From Takakia lepidozioides (taxonomy: Eukaryota > Plantae > Bryophyta): a stretch of 64,000 nt of DNA. Both the position numbers and the translations under genes were made by a program. The stretch lies in the NCBI GenBank assembly GCA_030704615.1, contig CM060731.1, positions 16,988,001-17,052,000 of the forward strand, written 5' to 3'. Shown here piece by piece: positions 60,144-64,000 of the stretch. Under the pieces are notes generated by a model. The model saw only the letters and a list, made by a program, of their open reading frames with translations. It had not been told where the DNA came from and made no database searches. Position 1 is the first letter of the stretch; every line of letters begins with the position of its first letter.

Positions 60144-61724
60144 ATGGGGAACCATTGTGTGGGCAGTGCGAGCAGCAAGACGACGGATGTGTACAACGTC
60201 CCAACAGCTCCTCCAGAGCAGGATCAGCGGCAGCGAGAAGGGACTCGCACAGATCCGCCAGTGTCTCACCACGAACCGAAGGCAAAGCCAATGGCATACG
60301 TGATTGGAAACGTGCTCGGACGGCCTATGGAAGATTTGCGACAGACTTACAGTCTAGGTCGGGAGCTGGGCCGTGGGCAGTTCGGAGTCACGCATCTGTG
60401 CACTGACATTCAGACTTCGGAGGTGTATGCGTGCAAGTCTATTGCGAAGAGGAAGCTGACGACCAAGGAGGACTTCGAGGATGTGAAGAGGGAAGTTCAG
60501 ATCATGCATCACTTGTCTGGTCATGAGAATATCGTGGAATTGAAGGGGGCGTTCGAGGACAAGCATTCGGTGCACCTGGTGATGGAGCTCTGTGCAGGGG
60601 GTGAGTTGTTTGACCGCATCATTGCACGCGGTCATTATAGCGAGAGAGCTGCGGCGTCGCTCTGCAGGACAATCGTCCGGGTTGTGCAGACTTGTCACTC
60701 TTTAGGGGTCATGCACCGAGATCTCAAGCCCGAGAACTTTTTGCTGGCCAGTAAGGACGAAAATGCTCCTCTAAAAGCTACTGATTTTGGACTCTCCATG
60801 TTTTTTAAGCCCGGAGAACAGTTCGTTGACATTGTTGGGAGCGCGTACTATGTGGCTCCTGAGGTGCTGCGCCGCAAGTATGGTCCCGAGGCAGATGTTT
60901 GGAGCGCCGGTGTGATTTTGTACATCCTTCTTTGCGGGGTCCCTCCATTCTGGGCAGAGACAGAGCAAGGAATTTTTGATGCAGTTCTTCATGGGCATAT
61001 TGATTTCACAAGCGATCCATGGCCTTCAATCTCAAATGGGGCCAAGGATTTGGTGAAGAGGATGCTAAAACAAGACCCAAGAGACCGTCTGTCAGCTCAC
61101 CAGGTTCTCAACCATCCTTGGCTGAGAGAGGATGGCGAGGCACCAGACAAGCCTCTCGATAACGCAGTGTTGTCTAGATTGAAACAGTTTTCTGCCATGA
61201 ACAAGCTGAAGAAGCTTGCTCTCAAGGTGATTGCAGAGAGTCTGTCAGAGGACGAGATCGTGGGATTGAAGGAAATGTTCAAGAGTATGGACACCGACAA
61301 TAGTGGCACTATCACTTTTGAGGAGCTTAGGGATGGATTGCAAAAACAGGGTTCAAGGCTGGCTGAGTCTGAAGTGCGGCAACTCATGGAAGACGTTGAC
61401 GTCGACGGGAATGGAACCATCGATTACTTCGAGTTCATAACGGCAACGATGCATATGAACAAGATGGAGAAAGAGGACCATCTCTACTCAGCCTTCCAAC
61501 ATTTTGACATTGATAATAGTGGGTACATCACCATGGACGAGCTGGAGCAAGCTATGATGACTCATGGCATGGGGGATGAATACACCATCAAAGATATCAT
61601 CAGTGAGGTCGACACAGATCATGATGGCCGGATCAACTATGACGAGTTTGCTGCCATGATGAGGAAGGGCACTCCAGCAGTGGACTTGCACCGCCGGAGT
61701 TTAGGCTACCCCAAGAATAGGTGA
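60144..61724 (+). CDS. CDPK: Calcium-dependent protein kinase (group II, CPK17/34-like), intronless, 526 aa
   Basis: Start MGNHC (Gly2 myristoylation and Cys palmitoylation pattern). Kinase motifs [20 protein letters not shown]; junction [15 protein letters not shown]; four canonical EF hands ([48 protein letters not shown]). The tracked ORF start at 59946 runs through the GA repeat and is probably too long. Confidence 0.96.
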   Translation: MGNHCVGSASSKTTDVYNVPTAPPEQDQRQREGTRTDPPVSHHEPKAKPMAYVIGNVLGRPMEDLRQTYSLGRELGRGQFGVTHLCTDIQTSEVYACKSIAKRKLTTKEDFEDVKREVQIMHHLSGHENIVELKGAFEDKHSVHLVMELCAGGELFDRIIARGHYSERAAASLCRTIVRVVQTCHSLGVMHRDLKPENFLLASKDENAPLKATDFGLSMFFKPGEQFVDIVGSAYYVAPEVLRRKYGPEADVWSAGVILYILLCGVPPFWAETEQGIFDAVLHGHIDFTSDPWPSISNGAKDLVKRMLKQDPRDRLSAHQVLNHPWLREDGEAPDKPLDNAVLSRLKQFSAMNKLKKLALKVIAESLSEDEIVGLKEMFKSMDTDNSGTITFEELRDGLQKQGSRLAESEVRQLMEDVDVDGNGTIDYFEFITATMHMNKMEKEDHLYSAFQHFDIDNSGYITMDELEQAMMTHGMGDEYTIKDIISEVDTDHDGRINYDEFAAMMRKGTPAVDLHRRSLGYPKNR

Positions 61725-64000
61725 TGTGGTAATGGCGATCTCCACAAATTACACAAATTACAAATGACAAGGAGTGAAACTCTGGACCAGATGCTGAATT
61801 TGACATGAAAATGCCAGCGATCAGTCGACTAAAGAGGGAGTTCTGTTAAGGTGGAGCACCTTCAGGGCGACATAGTGTAGACTTGGATGACTGATGGAAG
61901 GGATGGCCATTGATAGCGTGATAAGATGTGCCCCCCGTATTTCAGGTGTGGTAGCAGGACAGATGGGTCCACATACATTCTCTCAACAAAAATGTTGAGT
62001 ACCTCACAAGTCAAAGCAACAATTATCACGATGAATTTGCAGCTTTTAATTCTAGGGATTGGTATGTTTGTTAGCTACCTTATCGCTTGTGGGTTTGTTA
62101 GAGTCGCAGAGGTACTTCATTACTTGTGAGAGGGGTAGGGAGCCAACAGGTGTGTGAATAATTAACCAAGGGGAAGGAGAAGCTTAGCAGCCACAGCCTC
62201 TTTGCAATGGAAGGAGGGCTTCATGAGCTACGGTACAAATCTGCCAAGGGTAAAGCAGCCTCTGAAATTGTGAAACTACACCAACTGTGTTGTAATGATG
62301 GGGTGGTGTGTTGAACTTACACTTGGAAGATGTTGAGGTTAGGCCTTTGTAAAACATGTGCAATGTCATCAATTTAGGGCTGGGTTTGGTGGCCATCCCT
62401 TCTGGATACAGACTTACTCTTATGGAAAGTGCACTGGTTAGGTTTTGATTCTCTGTAGCGTTGTGACTATAGAGCCCGCGCCCAGTCTGGAGGGAGAAGA
62501 TATGGGGGACAAACGGAAATATCCAGAATTGCCTGAGCTCAGACAGTAGGGAGTTCTCAATGCAGCAATGGAGCCCACTTGCCAATCCTTTCAGTATGAG
62601 GTTGATCCTGGCCTGCTGATTTTCTCAAGAGAGCTGTATTCCATAGCATCAGTCTGACGTGACAATTTTGGAGCCGCGACTTGTAGGCTTGCGCTTCTTG
62701 AACCCGGTAAGTTGCAGTGACAGTTTGGATGCTGCAAAGAGCACCTCAAGACATTCAGAAGAACACTCGTGAAAAATTCAGCAGAACATGTTTCCCACTC
62801 ACATCAGCATTCAAAGATTATTTGTTTCCAGCTGGGTTCTGTATGGTGTGGTGAAGCTTAGGATGTGGATGGAGGCAGACATTATTCTTGGTATGATGCA
62901 GGTTCAGGACCATTTTATATTGTATCAGAGGCAGCTGTAGGTCGCAATTGTTTGCCAGATTCAGTAGGAAAAGTCTTCCAGCACAGCATGGCTGAGAAAT
63001 TCTGCCTGCCAGTTTCATGAGTATACAAAAGAATTAGTGGTGTACTTCTCAACCTACTCAGCCGCAGCTTTGTGATCATTCATTGAAATTCTGAAGGACA
63101 GTTTGCAATGGCCACCTGGGATGTGAAAATTTGACATGCAAGCATTTCATTCTCTCCAGGGTTTGCAACCCAAGTGACTGGGAAGTGTCTCTGAAAATCC
63201 ATGCAATGGAAAACTCAGAAGAAACTTCAGTTACTGTGAGAATCCACTCGCAAATGGACTTGTGGCTTCTGTGTAAAGGTTTTCTTTGTTCACACTTTCA
63301 AGTGAACAAGGACTGGATGGTCAGGAGGTCAGCTCTATTCAAGGGCTAAGATGACTCTTGTGTCTTGACTGTCTGAGTCGTTGTTACAGTATGTCAAGTC
63401 TATATCTGTCTTCCTGAACAAAACCCCTAAAGCATGAATGTTAAGGTGGACTAAAAACCATTACAATGAGCCAGCGATCTTCCCTGTCACTCCAGGTAGC
63501 ACACACCAAGCTCCATACACCAGACAATCTCTGCATGTGGTTCACCAAAGTCAAGCGCGCATTCATCACTGGAGACACACCAAATTATCTAACAGAAGTC
63601 TGTCAGGGCCCCTGACCTGGCCCTCACTCTATGCCACAGACCAAACACACATGTTACAAAATAAAGGAACTCAAATGGGTACAAAATCATATTGATACAA
63701 AGAAAATTCTTACTTCACACAATGTCAGTTCAAAGACCAATTCAACCATATGAGACTGTCCAAACTAAGTCTATCCAATAGTGCATTGCCATCATTTGTA
63801 CACCTACACTCTCTTTCCTTTACAAATCATAACCGCTCTAAGCTGGCTGCACCAGTAAGCGCAGGTGCAACGCATTCTACAGCGCTTTATGTCCTGCCTA
63901 CTGTGATCACCTACTCTTTGTAGGAACAATGAAGGGCTTGCTCCAACGGCTTGAGGCAATATCTTCTCAGCTTCACAATCTCTATGTAGCCTTGGCAGTC

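Noticed and set aside
62184-64000. Possible 3' exons of a minus-strand gene at the window end
   Set aside because: Candidate frames are short and unrecognisable, and no coherent exon chain could be built.

Overview
Nuclear DNA of a land plant, most likely a non-seed plant with flagellated sperm (inferred from PLS-DYW PPR genes, a TTC23-like gene and an INTS8 gene). From left to right: the last two exons of an ALA2-type P4-ATPase; a spliced gene (minus strand, about 686 aa) joining a transit-peptide-like exon, a complete OSB-type PDF ssDNA-binding motif and a 14-motif PLS PPR tract whose E2/DYW domain has decayed; a multi-exon TTC23-like TPR gene; a rearranged 24-kb repeat block; a 7-exon INTS8 gene; head-to-head with it, an intact 23-repeat PLS-E-DYW editing factor; LINE remnants; and an intronless group II CDPK. 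The repeat block contains a split and inverted Mutator-like transposase, tandem PDF-exon pseudogene units with a PPR fragment, a complete chromovirus with a CCTTG target-site duplication inserted in the LTR of a sister copy, and a degenerate gypsy element with a dUTPase-like domain. The main observation is that all three PPR loci are associated with the same intron-split PDF exon module. This points to a PDF-PPR(-DYW) gene family that couples a putative ssDNA-binding motif to an organellar RNA-editing architecture. All assignments come from reading and translating the sequence by eye; no searches were run.
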